Shown here one piece after another: positions 1 to 8,996 of a stretch of 32,000 nt of DNA. Source of the DNA: Candidatus Saccharimonadota bacterium (GTDB lineage Bacteria > Patescibacteriota > Gracilibacteria > UBA4473); contig JAUIFI010000001.1 of the NCBI GenBank assembly GCA_030429505.1, positions 30,001-62,000 of the forward strand, in the 5' to 3' direction. Under the pieces are notes generated by a model, which searched no databases, was not told the DNA's origin, and saw nothing but the letters and a program-made list of their open reading frames with translations. The position numbers were made by a program, and so were the translations under genes. Each line of letters begins with the position of its first letter. The stretch's first letter is position 1.

Positions 1-43
1 ATTACAAAAACACAATTAAAAAAACAAGAAATAATCATCTTTG

Positions 44-78
44 TTAAAAACAGGTGCAATTTGATATAAACTGCACCC
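44..78 (-). terminator. possible weak intrinsic terminator after the 52-aa ORF
   Basis: Minus-strand hairpin GGTGCA (77-72) / TGCACC (58-53) with a 13-nt loop, followed on the minus strand by TGTTTTT. The stem is short. Confidence 0.3.
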
Positions 79-122
79 GAAAACTCCGAAAAGAAACGTC
101 TGAAAACAAAACTATTGCATAT

Positions 123-281
123 TTATAGTAACATTGCAGTTACTATAACCACAACAATGACTCCCACTACCAGCATAGTTGCTGTGTTGCGATTCTTTGG
201 ACAGCTAAGTTGTGCTAAAAAGGCTTTTGCTTGATCGGTCGTATATCTCGCTACTTCTTGATCCTTCTTTCGTCTTGCCAC
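123..281 (-). CDS. small tail-anchored membrane protein (52 aa), unknown function; below the ORF-track size cutoff
   Basis: GTG start at 281-279 lies 6 nt downstream of a GGAGG (292-288 on the minus strand). Translation is VARRKKDQEVARYTTDQAKAFLAQLSCPKNRNTATMLVVGVIVVVIVTAMLL with TAA stop at 125-123: a basic N-terminus plus one C-terminal TM helix. A predicted promoter lies upstream and a hairpin downstream. Confidence 0.4.
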   Translation of the reverse strand: MARRKKDQEVARYTTDQAKAFLAQLSCPKNRNTATMLVVGVIVVVIVTAMLL

Positions 282-369
282 GATAAACCTCCTGTAGTCC
301 AATGAATAGAACTTAAACGTAAAAGACGTGCACTAAGCTGGAAAAATTCCAAGACCTAATAGCTAAAAA

Positions 370-398
370 ATATTAAAATTGGATGAAAGATGTGTCAA
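370..398 (-). promoter_or_regulatory. sigma70-like promoter for the 52-aa ORF
   Basis: Minus strand reads TTGACA (398-393), 17-nt spacer, TAATAT (375-370). Confidence 0.4.
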
Positions 399-409
399 AT
401 TATTTAGAA

Positions 410-438
410 TTGACGTTTTTTTGAAGTTGTTTTATAAA
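410..438 (+). promoter_or_regulatory. sigma70-like orphan promoter facing the uvrA 3' end
   Basis: TTGACG (410-415), 17-nt spacer, TATAAA (433-438). It lies back-to-back with the minus-strand promoter at 370-398. Confidence 0.4.
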
Positions 439-497
439 AAGCGAGCAGGAACGGAAGTGCAAATAGTATTCCTCTTAAGTGTTATTGTACTTTCATT

Positions 498-544
498 CTC
501 CCGCGGCAAGTCTCCGTGTTTCGTTGCGACAGGGGGCTTTTATT
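498..544 (+). terminator. possible intrinsic terminator of the short plus-strand transcript
   Basis: Imperfect hairpin: CTCCC (498-502) pairs with GGGGG (532-536), with inner GCAA/TTGC pairing, followed by CTTTTATT. No T-run follows in the minus orientation, so it is not the uvrA terminator. Confidence 0.35.
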
Positions 545-570
545 GAGACGAAGAATATATTTCTTTGGTA

Positions 571-3447
571 TTATTTTTCGCTCAGCATCTTATCCAAAAA
601 TTGACCAGTATAACTTTCTTTTACTTTTGCGACTTGCTCCGGCGTTCCTTGCGCTACAATCGTTCCTCCAGATTTCCCGCCTTCCGGACCTAAATCAATC
701 AGATAATCACATGATTTGATTACATCCAAATTGTGTTCAATCACTACCACAGAATTCCCTTTATCTACGAGTCTTTGTAAAGCATCTAAAAGTTTTTTTA
801 CATCACTAAAATGCAACCCGGTTGTTGGTTCATCCAGCACATAGATAGTTTTTCCAGTCGATTTTTTCATGAGTTCCGTTGCGAGTTTGACTCGTTGAGC
901 TTCTCCTCCTGATAATGTTACCGCACTTTGTCCCAAATGAATATACCCAAGACCAACCTCTTCAATAGCTTTGAGTTTGTGAGAAATTACTGGAAAATTT
1001 TCAAAAAATTGAGCGGCTTCTTCTACCGTCATTTCCAAGACCTCGGAAATAGATTTTCCTCGATACTTAATCTCCAACGTCTCTTCATTATACCGCTTTC
1101 CTTCACAGACTTCACACGGTACGTAGACATCGGGCAAAAAGTGCATCTCAATCTTTTTAATTCCATCTCCCGAACAAATCTCACATCGTCCTCCTTTGAC
1201 GTTAAAACTAAACCGACCAGCTCCATAGCCTCTCATTCGAGCTTCAGCGGTATTCGCAAAAACATCACGAATATCAGTAAAGACTCCTGTGTAGGTTGCC
1301 GGATTTGATCGAGGTGTTCGCCCAATTGGGGTTTGATCAATAGAAATCAGTTTATCGAGTTGATCAATTCCCGTGATAGTATCATGAGCTCCTGCAGTAC
1401 GTTTTGCTCGGTTTAATTCTCGAGCCAAAGTCGGTACTAAAATACGGTTAATCAGTGAAGATTTGCCTGACCCAGAGACTCCCGTAATACCAACAAAAGT
1501 TCCAAGTGGTATGGATACATCAATTTTTTTTAAATTATTTTCTCGAGCGCCTTTAATAACAATCTCTCCAATCGAACGACGACGAATACGGGGGACAGGA
1601 ATATTTTGTCGCCCAGATAAAAAATCAATGGTTTCTGACTCAATATCTTTCATCTCTTCCAATTTTCCACTACACACCACATACCCACCATGAAGTCCTG
1701 ATTTAGGACCGATTTCTACCATATGATCAGCAGCTCTAATCGTGTCTTCATCATGTTCAACCACAATGACCGTGTTACCAATGTCCCTTAAGTTTTCCAG
1801 AGTTTTAATTAATTTTGAATTATCTCGTTGATGGAGACCAATAGAAGGTTCATCGAGAACGTAAAGCACACCTTGCAGTTGAGATCCAATCTGAGTAGCC
1901 AGTCGAATCCGTTGGGCTTCTCCCCCTGAAAGTGTATTAGCCGTTCGGGCTAAATTGAGATAACTTAAACCTACTTTTTCTAAAAAAGAAAGACGATCTA
2001 TAATTTCTTTTTGGATAGGCTCGGTGATTTTTTGATTATTCTCTGAAACTTTTATACCAGCAATCCAAACTTTTAAATCAGAAACAGCCATATGAGTAAT
2101 ATCAGCAATATTTTTGTCATTGAGAAAAACATTCCGACCATAAATATTGAGCCTCGTTCCATCACAAGTAATACACGTTTTTTCTGTCATAAACTCATTC
2201 AACTTTTTCCGTACAAAATCAGAATCTGATTCGTTATATCGTTTTTCAGTCTGAGCAATAATACCTTCAAATCGAGTGTCCGTATTATGTCCTCGAAAAG
2301 CACCACGAAGTTTTACCTGAAAAATCTCATCTCCAAAGCCACGGAAAAGTTTTTCTAAAATATCTTTTTTTATTTTTTTAATCGGCTCATCAAGTGAAAA
2401 TCCATACTTTTGACCAATAGCCTCAAGTACTGAAAAATACCAGTTTTGAGCATTTGTTCCCATAGAGGTCCAAGGCAAGATACCTCCTTCACGGATAGAA
2501 AGATTTGGATTAAGAGAGCTTACTTGATCAGCCTCTAGTCTATATCCTAGACCATGACAAGCTTCACAAGCTCCATGAGGTGAATTAAAGGAAAAAAGTC
2601 GTGGTTCAATCGGAGGAAAAGAAAATCCACTTTCGGGATCAGCCAAATTTTCCGAAAACAAATGATCGGTCTCATCAGATATTCGGTGAATCACCACAAT
2701 CCCATCACCAAATTTCAATCCTGTTTCAATAGAATCAGTTAAGCGTAAACGATCATCGTTCTTTTCTTCTATCTTTTGACCACTAGAAAGCTTCACAGTC
2801 TTTTTTGAATAATCAGCTTTGACCAAACGATCAATCACTACTTCAATTGTATGTTTTTTCTTGGGATCAAGTTCTATATCTTCATTTATAGTAGTAATGA
2901 AACCATCAACTCTCAGTCTCACGAACCCCGCTTTCTGAATGCGAGCGAAAATATTTTTATGTTCCCCTTTCTTATCCTTAATCATAGGAGCTAATACCAA
3001 AAATTTTTCTCCTTCGCTCCAAGTATTGAGCGTATCAACAATTTGGCTTGGAGTTTGCTTTTGTAACTTTTTCCCCGTGTGAGGATTCATCGGCGTTCCG
3101 ACTTTAGCAAAAAGCAGTCGCAAATAATCATAGATCTCCGTAACAGTCCCTACGGTAGAACGAGGATTGCGCACCACACTTTTTTGATCGATAGATATGG
3201 TGGGGGATAAACCTTCAATACTATCTACTTCAGCTTTTTCCTGTAGCTGTAAAAACTGCCGAGCATACGTTGAAAGACTTTCCATATATCGTCTCTGTCC
3301 TTCAGCAAAAATAGTGTCAAACGCTAAAGACGACTTTCCAGAACCAGATACTCCAGTAATAACAGTTAGCTTATCACGCGGAATTTCCACATCGATATTT
3401 TTAAGATTATGCATTCGGGCTCCTCGAACAACGATTTTATCACTCAT
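571..3447 (-). CDS. uvrA: excinuclease ABC subunit A (UvrA)
   Basis: Two ABC modules: GVSGSGKSS Walker A twice and LSGGEAQR signature twice. CxxC zinc-finger pairs are present (CEACHG, CITCDG, CEICSG, CEVCEG). I prefer ATG 3447 ([17 protein letters not shown]) over the ORF-track TTG at 3507. Confidence 0.97.
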   Translation of the reverse strand: MSDKIVVRGARMHNLKNIDVEIPRDKLTVITGVSGSGKSSLAFDTIFAEGQRRYMESLSTYARQFLQLQEKAEVDSIEGLSPTISIDQKSVVRNPRSTVGTVTEIYDYLRLLFAKVGTPMNPHTGKKLQKQTPSQIVDTLNTWSEGEKFLVLAPMIKDKKGEHKNIFARIQKAGFVRLRVDGFITTINEDIELDPKKKHTIEVVIDRLVKADYSKKTVKLSSGQKIEEKNDDRLRLTDSIETGLKFGDGIVVIHRISDETDHLFSENLADPESGFSFPPIEPRLFSFNSPHGACEACHGLGYRLEADQVSSLNPNLSIREGGILPWTSMGTNAQNWYFSVLEAIGQKYGFSLDEPIKKIKKDILEKLFRGFGDEIFQVKLRGAFRGHNTDTRFEGIIAQTEKRYNESDSDFVRKKLNEFMTEKTCITCDGTRLNIYGRNVFLNDKNIADITHMAVSDLKVWIAGIKVSENNQKITEPIQKEIIDRLSFLEKVGLSYLNLARTANTLSGGEAQRIRLATQIGSQLQGVLYVLDEPSIGLHQRDNSKLIKTLENLRDIGNTVIVVEHDEDTIRAADHMVEIGPKSGLHGGYVVCSGKLEEMKDIESETIDFLSGRQNIPVPRIRRRSIGEIVIKGARENNLKKIDVSIPLGTFVGITGVSGSGKSSLINRILVPTLARELNRAKRTAGAHDTITGIDQLDKLISIDQTPIGRTPRSNPATYTGVFTDIRDVFANTAEARMRGYGAGRFSFNVKGGRCEICSGDGIKKIEMHFLPDVYVPCEVCEGKRYNEETLEIKYRGKSISEVLEMTVEEAAQFFENFPVISHKLKAIEEVGLGYIHLGQSAVTLSGGEAQRVKLATELMKKSTGKTIYVLDEPTTGLHFSDVKKLLDALQRLVDKGNSVVVIEHNLDVIKSCDYLIDLGPEGGKSGGTIVAQGTPEQVAKVKESYTGQFLDKMLSEK

Positions 3448-3464
3448 GAGAAAAAGAAAAATAC

Positions 3465-3488
3465 AAAAAAAAGCGAGACGCGCTCGCT
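3465..3488 (-). promoter_or_regulatory. terminator-like stem-loop plus U-run in the uvrA 5' leader
   Basis: Minus strand reads AGCGAG-CGCGT-CTCGCT followed by seven further T (the stem's last T makes a run of eight). It sits between the predicted uvrA -10 box and the ATG at 3447. Confidence 0.35.
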
Positions 3489-3497
3489 CATACGAGC

Positions 3498-3526
3498 ATC
3501 GTAGCAATCGACTTGTTATTTGTCAA
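3498..3526 (-). promoter_or_regulatory. sigma70-like promoter of uvrA
   Basis: Minus strand reads TTGACA (3526-3521), 17-nt spacer, TACGAT (3503-3498). Confidence 0.45.
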
Positions 3527-3541
3527 AGAATTTGGTATAAT
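3513..3541 (+). promoter_or_regulatory. sigma70-like promoter with extended -10, for the 117-aa ORF
   Basis: TTGTTA (3513-3518), 17-nt spacer ending in TGg, TATAAT (3536-3541). It overlaps the divergent uvrA promoter. Confidence 0.5.
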
Positions 3542-3561
3542 GAAAAGATATCCCATTAAAC

Positions 3562-3915
3562 ATGAATCATGAATCCATCGGCTCCAAATCAGTAGAAAGT
3601 AATGCAGATGCTATTTCAAAAGCAACGGAAAAAGGAAAAGAACACCAACCATCAAAGTTAGATCCTAAGAGACAAGAACATATTGCCTCAGTAGAAGCAG
3701 AGGAACGAAGTGGAGCTGATAAAGCTTTAGAATCACTTCATAACCAACCAACAGCTTCTTCTTTTGCTAATCCTGAAGATTCTAAACATGCTGAGATTGT
3801 AGTAGCTGATGCTTTTAAAGCTCTTGAAAAAGCAAACCAAACAACAGAAAAAGAAATGAAAAAAAACCATATGTGGAGTCAATTTCAAAGCTTTGGTGGA
3901 GAAGATATTGTTTAA
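3562..3915 (+). CDS. hypothetical acidic, low-complexity (likely disordered) protein, 117 aa
   Basis: ATG ORF downstream of a good promoter match. Composition is E/K/A/S-rich with no TM segment and no motif I recognise. Confidence 0.5.
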   Translation: MNHESIGSKSVESNADAISKATEKGKEHQPSKLDPKRQEHIASVEAEERSGADKALESLHNQPTASSFANPEDSKHAEIVVADAFKALEKANQTTEKEMKKNHMWSQFQSFGGEDIV

Positions 3916-5084
3916 TGAATAATAGCTTCGAATAGTCTTTTTTTTGTTTCCTGGGCTGAGAAATTTGCCTCTACAAAAGCTCTGGCTTTTTCGGTATAAC
4001 GCGAAATTTCTTCTGGATGATCAGCAAAAAATCCAATAGTTTCCGCTAAGCTCATAGCATTGCCTTTCTCTACGAGAAGAGGACTGTGCTTAAGCTTCAA
4101 AAATTTTTCATATTGTTTCATGATTTCTCGTGGTCCAGTCTCGTCAAAAGCCAGAACTAGCTTTCCCATACTCATTCCTTCAATCACAATACGACCAAAA
4201 GTTTCTGCTTGTGTAGATAATACCAGAACACAATCTGCTTTTCGCATAGTACGAAAAGGTTCACTTACTGCTGATTCAAATCGAACATTCCTGAGATGTC
4301 TTTTTTCCGCAAAATCACGAAGTTTCTGCGCATATTCAACCGTATCCGGATCGCCTGCAAAAGGATCTCCTACGATCACAAATTCGAGATCAGGATTCCG
4401 TTCCTGCAATAAATCAGCTGCTTCCAAGGCATACATCTGACCCTTTCGTGGATCAATACGACCAAGTAAAAGAATCTTCCTGATTTCCGTAGGAGGTTTT
4501 GGCGTGGGGATATTTTCAAAATCAAGCCCATTTTCAATGATACGAATTTTTGAAAAATTACGTTCATGAATCCATTGGCGTAAATGGGCACGTGTTTGTA
4601 ATGATACCGCTACCATACAGTCCGCATATCGTCCCATTTGTCGACGAAGCCAAAGATGGAGGTATTTCCACCAAGCTTTTTGAGTGTTCAGATCATGCAC
4701 AATAATCACCCATCTCACCGGACTTCTAAAAAACATCTTGGTCATAAGAGCTATAAAATTAGCTCGAGGAGAATTTGTCACAATAGTTTTCGCTTGAAAT
4801 GTGCGAATAGCTTTTTTTAATTTCGCTGCAGATCGCAGGATGTTGATTCCTGCCAAGGCTTTCAGAAAAATATTGCCTTTTACAGAAGGAAAGAAAAAAT
4901 CATATCTGGGAATATTGTCCGGAAGTTTTTGGCGATACTCAGAGTGTTTTCCTCCTAAAAGAACAGGTCTGAGACGCTGAATGTCTTTTTCTTTTAAAAG
5001 CTTGAAAAAATCCAGTAAAAAACGTTCTCCTCCCCCCAACGTCTCGCCCTGATCCAAAAACAAAATTCTTTCTTTTTCTTTCAT
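3912..5084 (-). CDS. glycosyltransferase, GT4 family (Glycos_transf_1 type)
   Basis: 390 aa. The C-terminal half carries a GT-B retaining signature, E-x7-E (ETFGRIVIE), and the N-terminus has a G-rich LDQGETLGGGERF motif. Confidence 0.85.
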   Translation of the reverse strand: MKEKERILFLDQGETLGGGERFLLDFFKLLKEKDIQRLRPVLLGGKHSEYRQKLPDNIPRYDFFFPSVKGNIFLKALAGINILRSAAKLKKAIRTFQAKTIVTNSPRANFIALMTKMFFRSPVRWVIIVHDLNTQKAWWKYLHLWLRRQMGRYADCMVAVSLQTRAHLRQWIHERNFSKIRIIENGLDFENIPTPKPPTEIRKILLLGRIDPRKGQMYALEAADLLQERNPDLEFVIVGDPFAGDPDTVEYAQKLRDFAEKRHLRNVRFESAVSEPFRTMRKADCVLVLSTQAETFGRIVIEGMSMGKLVLAFDETGPREIMKQYEKFLKLKHSPLLVEKGNAMSLAETIGFFADHPEEISRYTEKARAFVEANFSAQETKKRLFEAIIH

Positions 5085-5152
5085 TCACGCGGATTTTTAT
5101 TCTTTTATTATAAAAATCAAGAGGAAAATAGGTTCTTAAAAAGCTTTGTATC

Positions 5153-6655
5153 CTAGGACGTCTCTTTCTTGATTATATCTATATCTCGTTCTAAAAAAGT
5201 ATGAGTAAAGCTCCTCGAAACATTTCCCCACACAAAAAATCCAAAAACGAAAACGAATCCAAAATAAGAAACGAAATGAGGAATAATCATTGGTTGCACC
5301 TGCCCAAAAAATGAAGCTATACTTATGACTATCTCCAAAAGAATAAAAGAGGGAATACTAATAATGTCACCTATAAATCCAGGTAAAAATCCCAGTACTG
5401 ACGTCACAAAAGAAAAAAGCATTGTCCAAGGAATAAGCGGCTCGACTAATAAATTTGATACAATCCCAATCCAAGGAAACGTTCCAAAAGAAAATCCCAA
5501 AAGTGGGAAAACCGCCAACTGAGCTGCCAAGGTAGTAGAGAGAAGGGTGCGAAGTGCAAACCTATGAGTTATAAATGACAAACATCGTTCTAATACTGGT
5601 GTTCCTAAGATAATTCCCATCGTAGCCACAAAACTCAATGCAAAACTCAAGTCTTCCTGAATCATCTTTGGTTGAAACAAAGCTAATATTGCCGCAGATA
5701 AAAGTAAGATATTTCTCGCTTCCGCCAACCGTCCCATCGTCGCAGCCCAGCCAACTACCGCCCCCATTACCGCCGCTCTTAGTATCGGCGGTTCAGCTCC
5801 TGTCATAGCTACAAAAAAAATCAGAAAAAAAAGACTGATCACAAAAGTCAAAGGACCTCCAAGCATTCTGCGAAAAAGAATCGAAACAAAAACCAAAATA
5901 ACCGTTACATTAAATCCGGAAACTACGAGTATGTGTTGTAATCCAGAATTCCGAAAAGCTGTTGAAAGCACAGGAGAAAAGCCATGTTTTATGCCCAATA
6001 AAATGCCCATAGCCATAGTTTGATGCGTCTGAGGAAGATTATTGCCTAAGTTCGTAGCGAGTCTCGATCGAACTTTGTCAGCCCACCGCATGACCATATT
6101 TCCTCCAGTTTTTTGAAAAAGTATTCGAAAAGATTTCGGACGTGATACGATGGTATGAACATCAAATCGCTCCAAATATTTTTTATAATCAAAATCTTTC
6201 ATATTACGAGGCTGCTGTAGCTTCCCCGAAAACGAAATTATGTCACCGTAGGCAATGTCATAAGAAGGTGAAAGAACCAAGAGTATTTTTTCATTTGTCT
6301 TTACTTCAGGCAGTTTTACAGAGACATAAGCTCGTACAGATTTCTCACGTCTATCAGGAAAACTTACGACTGTTCCTGTCATCTCCAATGTTTCTCCATA
6401 AAGCTGAGGGAGAATGTGATTATTTTCATTATGAAAAGGATCCCAAGCACCATAAAAAAGTGCTACCAAAAAAATCCCGCCCACCAAAGCAGAAAACCAT
6501 TTCCACTGCCAAGCTATTAAAAAAAATATGACAGAAAAGAGCAGAACAAGAGAGAGAAGGGTAAGTGGTAAAAAACTCCCACCCCATAACCCAATTAAAA
6601 AAACAGCGAAAACGATTCGAAGTTTTTCTGATGGAGACAATGCAGGAAATCTCAT
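5153..6655 (-). CDS. comEC: ComEC/Rec2-like DNA uptake channel protein (OB-fold DUF4131 region plus Competence domain; no metallo-beta-lactamase domain)
   Basis: 500 aa and polytopic. The N-terminal soluble insert (TGTVVSFPDRREKSVRAYVSV...) is followed by a GLQHILVVSGFNV motif typical of the ComEC competence domain. No HxHxDH motif is present. Confidence 0.8.
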   Translation of the reverse strand: MRFPALSPSEKLRIVFAVFLIGLWGGSFLPLTLLSLVLLFSVIFFLIAWQWKWFSALVGGIFLVALFYGAWDPFHNENNHILPQLYGETLEMTGTVVSFPDRREKSVRAYVSVKLPEVKTNEKILLVLSPSYDIAYGDIISFSGKLQQPRNMKDFDYKKYLERFDVHTIVSRPKSFRILFQKTGGNMVMRWADKVRSRLATNLGNNLPQTHQTMAMGILLGIKHGFSPVLSTAFRNSGLQHILVVSGFNVTVILVFVSILFRRMLGGPLTFVISLFFLIFFVAMTGAEPPILRAAVMGAVVGWAATMGRLAEARNILLLSAAILALFQPKMIQEDLSFALSFVATMGIILGTPVLERCLSFITHRFALRTLLSTTLAAQLAVFPLLGFSFGTFPWIGIVSNLLVEPLIPWTMLFSFVTSVLGFLPGFIGDIISIPSFILLEIVISIASFFGQVQPMIIPHFVSYFGFVFVFGFFVWGNVSRSFTHTFLERDIDIIKKETS

Positions 6656-6687
6656 GAGTAGAAGGAGTGTTTCTACTCTATCAAATT

Positions 6688-7752
6688 CTAAAAATAATGA
6701 TTGGGATTGACTTTGCGTCCGTTAATCCGAATTTCATAATGCAAATGAATACCAGTTCTTCCTGCAACACGTCCAGTATTTCCCATGAGTCCAATAATCT
6801 GCCCTTTTTGTACTTTTTGCCCTACATCAATCTTTCGAGTATTTAGATGAGCATAGACAGTCTGAACGCCATTGTCATGATCGATAATCATATAATTTCC
6901 ATAACCATAGTTCCAGCCATCTTTTGATACTGACACCACTCCATCTTCAGAAGCATAGATAGGAGTATTGAGCTTATTCGCAATATCAAGTGCTGTGTGT
7001 CCTTTTCGTACTCCTTGAGTCAATGTACCAGTCGTAGGGCGTTTGAGTTTAAACCCAATAGATTTTATTTGAGGTGTTTGTTGTCGAAATACTTTTCCAG
7101 TAGAGGTATCAACAAGCGGTTGTTGTACAAAAATCTTTCGAGCCTGAGGTAAAAATATCTCTTGTCCAACCTGAATAGCATCCCCCTCTTTGAAAGAGTT
7201 GTATTGATAAATATCAGAAAGAGGGATGTCGTGGATTTGTGCAATTTGAGATAAAGATTCTCCCAGTTGAACCGAATAATAGATGCCATCAGTGGGAGGT
7301 ATGGTAAGTTTTTGACCTGGTTTAAGTGTACTTTTTGCTGTTAAGTTATTGTTCCAAAGCAAAGTCGAGACTTTAATTCCAAATTTATGACTGATTTTTG
7401 ATGGATTGTCTCCGGATTTAACAGTATACGTAATAGCTCGATCAAGAAGTCTTGGATGAACTTTTCGTACCAAGCCCCCTTCTTTATCTTCAATCAAAAC
7501 TTCCTGCAATCCAGAAGTGTCAAAACCAGCAAAATTATCAATAAATCCATTTTCAGAAATAGTAAATGGAGCCTCGGGAATATCGCTAAACACTTCCTCG
7601 CCAAAAGGTTCGGGTTCCCATAAAAAATGAGGTGGTCGGAAGCTTGTCAGAAAAAGTACCACAAACCCCAAGATAAAGGTTTGCATTCCAAAAGGAGAAT
7701 GAAGGGCTCTTTTAACAAAATTGGCACACCAATCCCACAAATATTTAGTCAT
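6688..7752 (-). CDS. LysM-domain M23 family metallopeptidase (peptidoglycan hydrolase)
   Basis: Two LysM repeats (YTVKSGDNPSKISHKFG..., YYSVQLGESLSQIAQIH...). The C-terminal M23 core has HTALDI, GYGNYMIIDH and HLHYEI motifs. I prefer ATG 7752 (MTKYLWDW) over the TTG at 7845, which would overlap the divergent gene. Confidence 0.9.
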   Translation of the reverse strand: MTKYLWDWCANFVKRALHSPFGMQTFILGFVVLFLTSFRPPHFLWEPEPFGEEVFSDIPEAPFTISENGFIDNFAGFDTSGLQEVLIEDKEGGLVRKVHPRLLDRAITYTVKSGDNPSKISHKFGIKVSTLLWNNNLTAKSTLKPGQKLTIPPTDGIYYSVQLGESLSQIAQIHDIPLSDIYQYNSFKEGDAIQVGQEIFLPQARKIFVQQPLVDTSTGKVFRQQTPQIKSIGFKLKRPTTGTLTQGVRKGHTALDIANKLNTPIYASEDGVVSVSKDGWNYGYGNYMIIDHDNGVQTVYAHLNTRKIDVGQKVQKGQIIGLMGNTGRVAGRTGIHLHYEIRINGRKVNPNHYF

Positions 7753-7900
7753 ACATTTTTCAGATAAAAGGATTGTGCGTAAATAGAAAAAAATTTCAAG
7801 GAAGGCATCATAAAGAGTGCCCTTGTGTTTTTCAATTTTTCCCAAAAAACAACATCAAAATAAAGTTGCATTTCTAGGAAACCATGCCACAATCCAAGTA

Positions 7901-8227
7901 ATGAAATACAACTATATTCAACAAATAGCTCAGCGTATTCTTGAAGATATTTCATGTCCCCGATGCAAACATTCTTTTCAGAAAGAAAAGATGGAAATAG
8001 ATGAAATAGGGGAAAGTCAAGTGGACTTCTTTATTCCTTGTGCTCATTGTGATGCGAAAGTCTCAATTTGTGCAGATATTGAAGTTATGAATTCGGCATT
8101 TCTCCCTAGACAGCACAATGCAGTAAAAAAAGGCAACAATGCTCAAAAACTCTCTCCTCAAAATATTCAACAAATTACACAATCAATTCAGAAATTTCGG
8201 GGAAAAGATGTAAGGAAATTATTCTAA
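7901..8227 (+). CDS. hypothetical zinc-ribbon protein
   Basis: CPRC...CAHC pair of CxxC motifs. I prefer ATG 7901 (MKYNYIQQ) over the longer 7817 start. Confidence 0.55.
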   Translation: MKYNYIQQIAQRILEDISCPRCKHSFQKEKMEIDEIGESQVDFFIPCAHCDAKVSICADIEVMNSAFLPRQHNAVKKGNNAQKLSPQNIQQITQSIQKFRGKDVRKLF

Positions 8228-8237
8228 TTCATTCATA

Positions 8238-8552
8238 ATGGGGAAATTAATCTTGTTATTACTCGTCTTTGGAGGGGGATGGTTCGGGTGGGAATACATG
8301 AACCATTCAAGCATCACGAACCAATTGTCTATTTCCTCTATCCAAGAAAAACAATATGAACTGGAACAAAAAAAAGAAAATTTAAGTCAAAGGATACAAG
8401 TCTTACAACAAGAAATAGCCGATAAAATAGAGCAAGGAGAGGAAAGAGTGGATGAGATAAAAACATCTTTGGAACAAGCTCAAAGATCGTTTGTCAATAC
8501 AAAGTCGGCACTAGAACAATTAAAGACCTCTGTCGTGGGAAATAATAAATAA
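8238..8552 (+). CDS. hypothetical membrane-anchored coiled-coil protein
   Basis: N-terminal TM segment (LILLLLVFGGGWFGW) followed by a heptad-like Q/E/K-rich region. It starts 10 nt after the previous gene, so it is probably co-transcribed. Confidence 0.6.
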   Translation: MGKLILLLLVFGGGWFGWEYMNHSSITNQLSISSIQEKQYELEQKKENLSQRIQVLQQEIADKIEQGEERVDEIKTSLEQAQRSFVNTKSALEQLKTSVVGNNK

Positions 8553-8774
8553 TTAATGAGGGGTTTGTTTAATTCGACCCTTCACATTACTCAGTTTTTT
8601 CCTCGAAATTTCTGTAACACTTCTGAAGGAAAGATGAAAATATAAAAATACAAAGAGTTCTTAACTTTACTCTATTACAAGGATGAAAAGTCTTTTTAGG
8701 AAAAAAGAAAAAGTGTGTAACAAAAAACAAAAATATTCGTTATAAATATTGACGATCATGTGGCAGGAAATTCC

Positions 8775-8802
8775 TTGATTTTTTCCTCTTTCTTCATACA
8801 AT
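8775..8802 (+). promoter_or_regulatory. candidate promoter of the S-layer gene (would give a leader of about 215 nt)
   Basis: TTGATT (8775-8780), 16-nt spacer, TACAAT (8797-8802). This is the best sigma70 match in the 470-nt intergenic region. Confidence 0.4.
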
Positions 8803-8953
8803 CGTCAAGGTCCGAACGGCTTGTACATTTTGATTTACTCCCGTTCCGTTCTCTAGACACCAAAATGGTGAAAGAGTTCGTCCAAAAGACCCTGATCTTT
8901 TACATAACGGTCTGAGAGGATAACTATCCTTTCTAGAAATTTACAGAATTTAA

Positions 8954-8996
8954 TTCGTATCGAGGAATAATCCTCGAAACGAACAAATCTTTTTTA
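8954..8996 (+). promoter_or_regulatory. leader stem-loop plus T-run immediately upstream of the S-layer start codon
   Basis: TTCGT-a-TCGAGGA-ATAA-TCCTCGA-a-ACGAA (8954-8983), 12 bp with one A.A mismatch, then CAAATC and TTTTTT (8990-8995). The ATG is at 9024. Confidence 0.4.

Noticed and set aside
516-719. 67-aa plus-strand ORF at the uvrA 3' end
   Set aside because: Most of it is antisense to the conserved uvrA C-terminus. Only its first ~30 nt overlap the candidate small transcript discussed in the findings.
3448-3507. N-terminal extensions given by the ORF track: uvrA to 3507, M23 to 7845, zinc-ribbon from 7817, ABC1 kinase from 25557, S41 protease to 28424, lipoprotein to 29818, uvrB from 13515
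   Set aside because: Where I checked the first codon (3507, 7845, 13515, 29818) the extension begins at TTG. Extensions either overlap the neighbouring or divergent gene or add residues in front of canonical N-termini, signal peptides or a lipobox. Internal ATG starts fit family alignments better. Only the uvrB TTG, which has a GGGGG upstream, remains a real alternative.
8868-8918. 16-codon upstream ORF (MVKEFVQKTLIFYITV) in the S-layer leader
   Set aside because: It has no SD and is very short. Nothing distinguishes it from chance in AT-rich sequence. It is noted only as a possible element if the leader proves regulatory.
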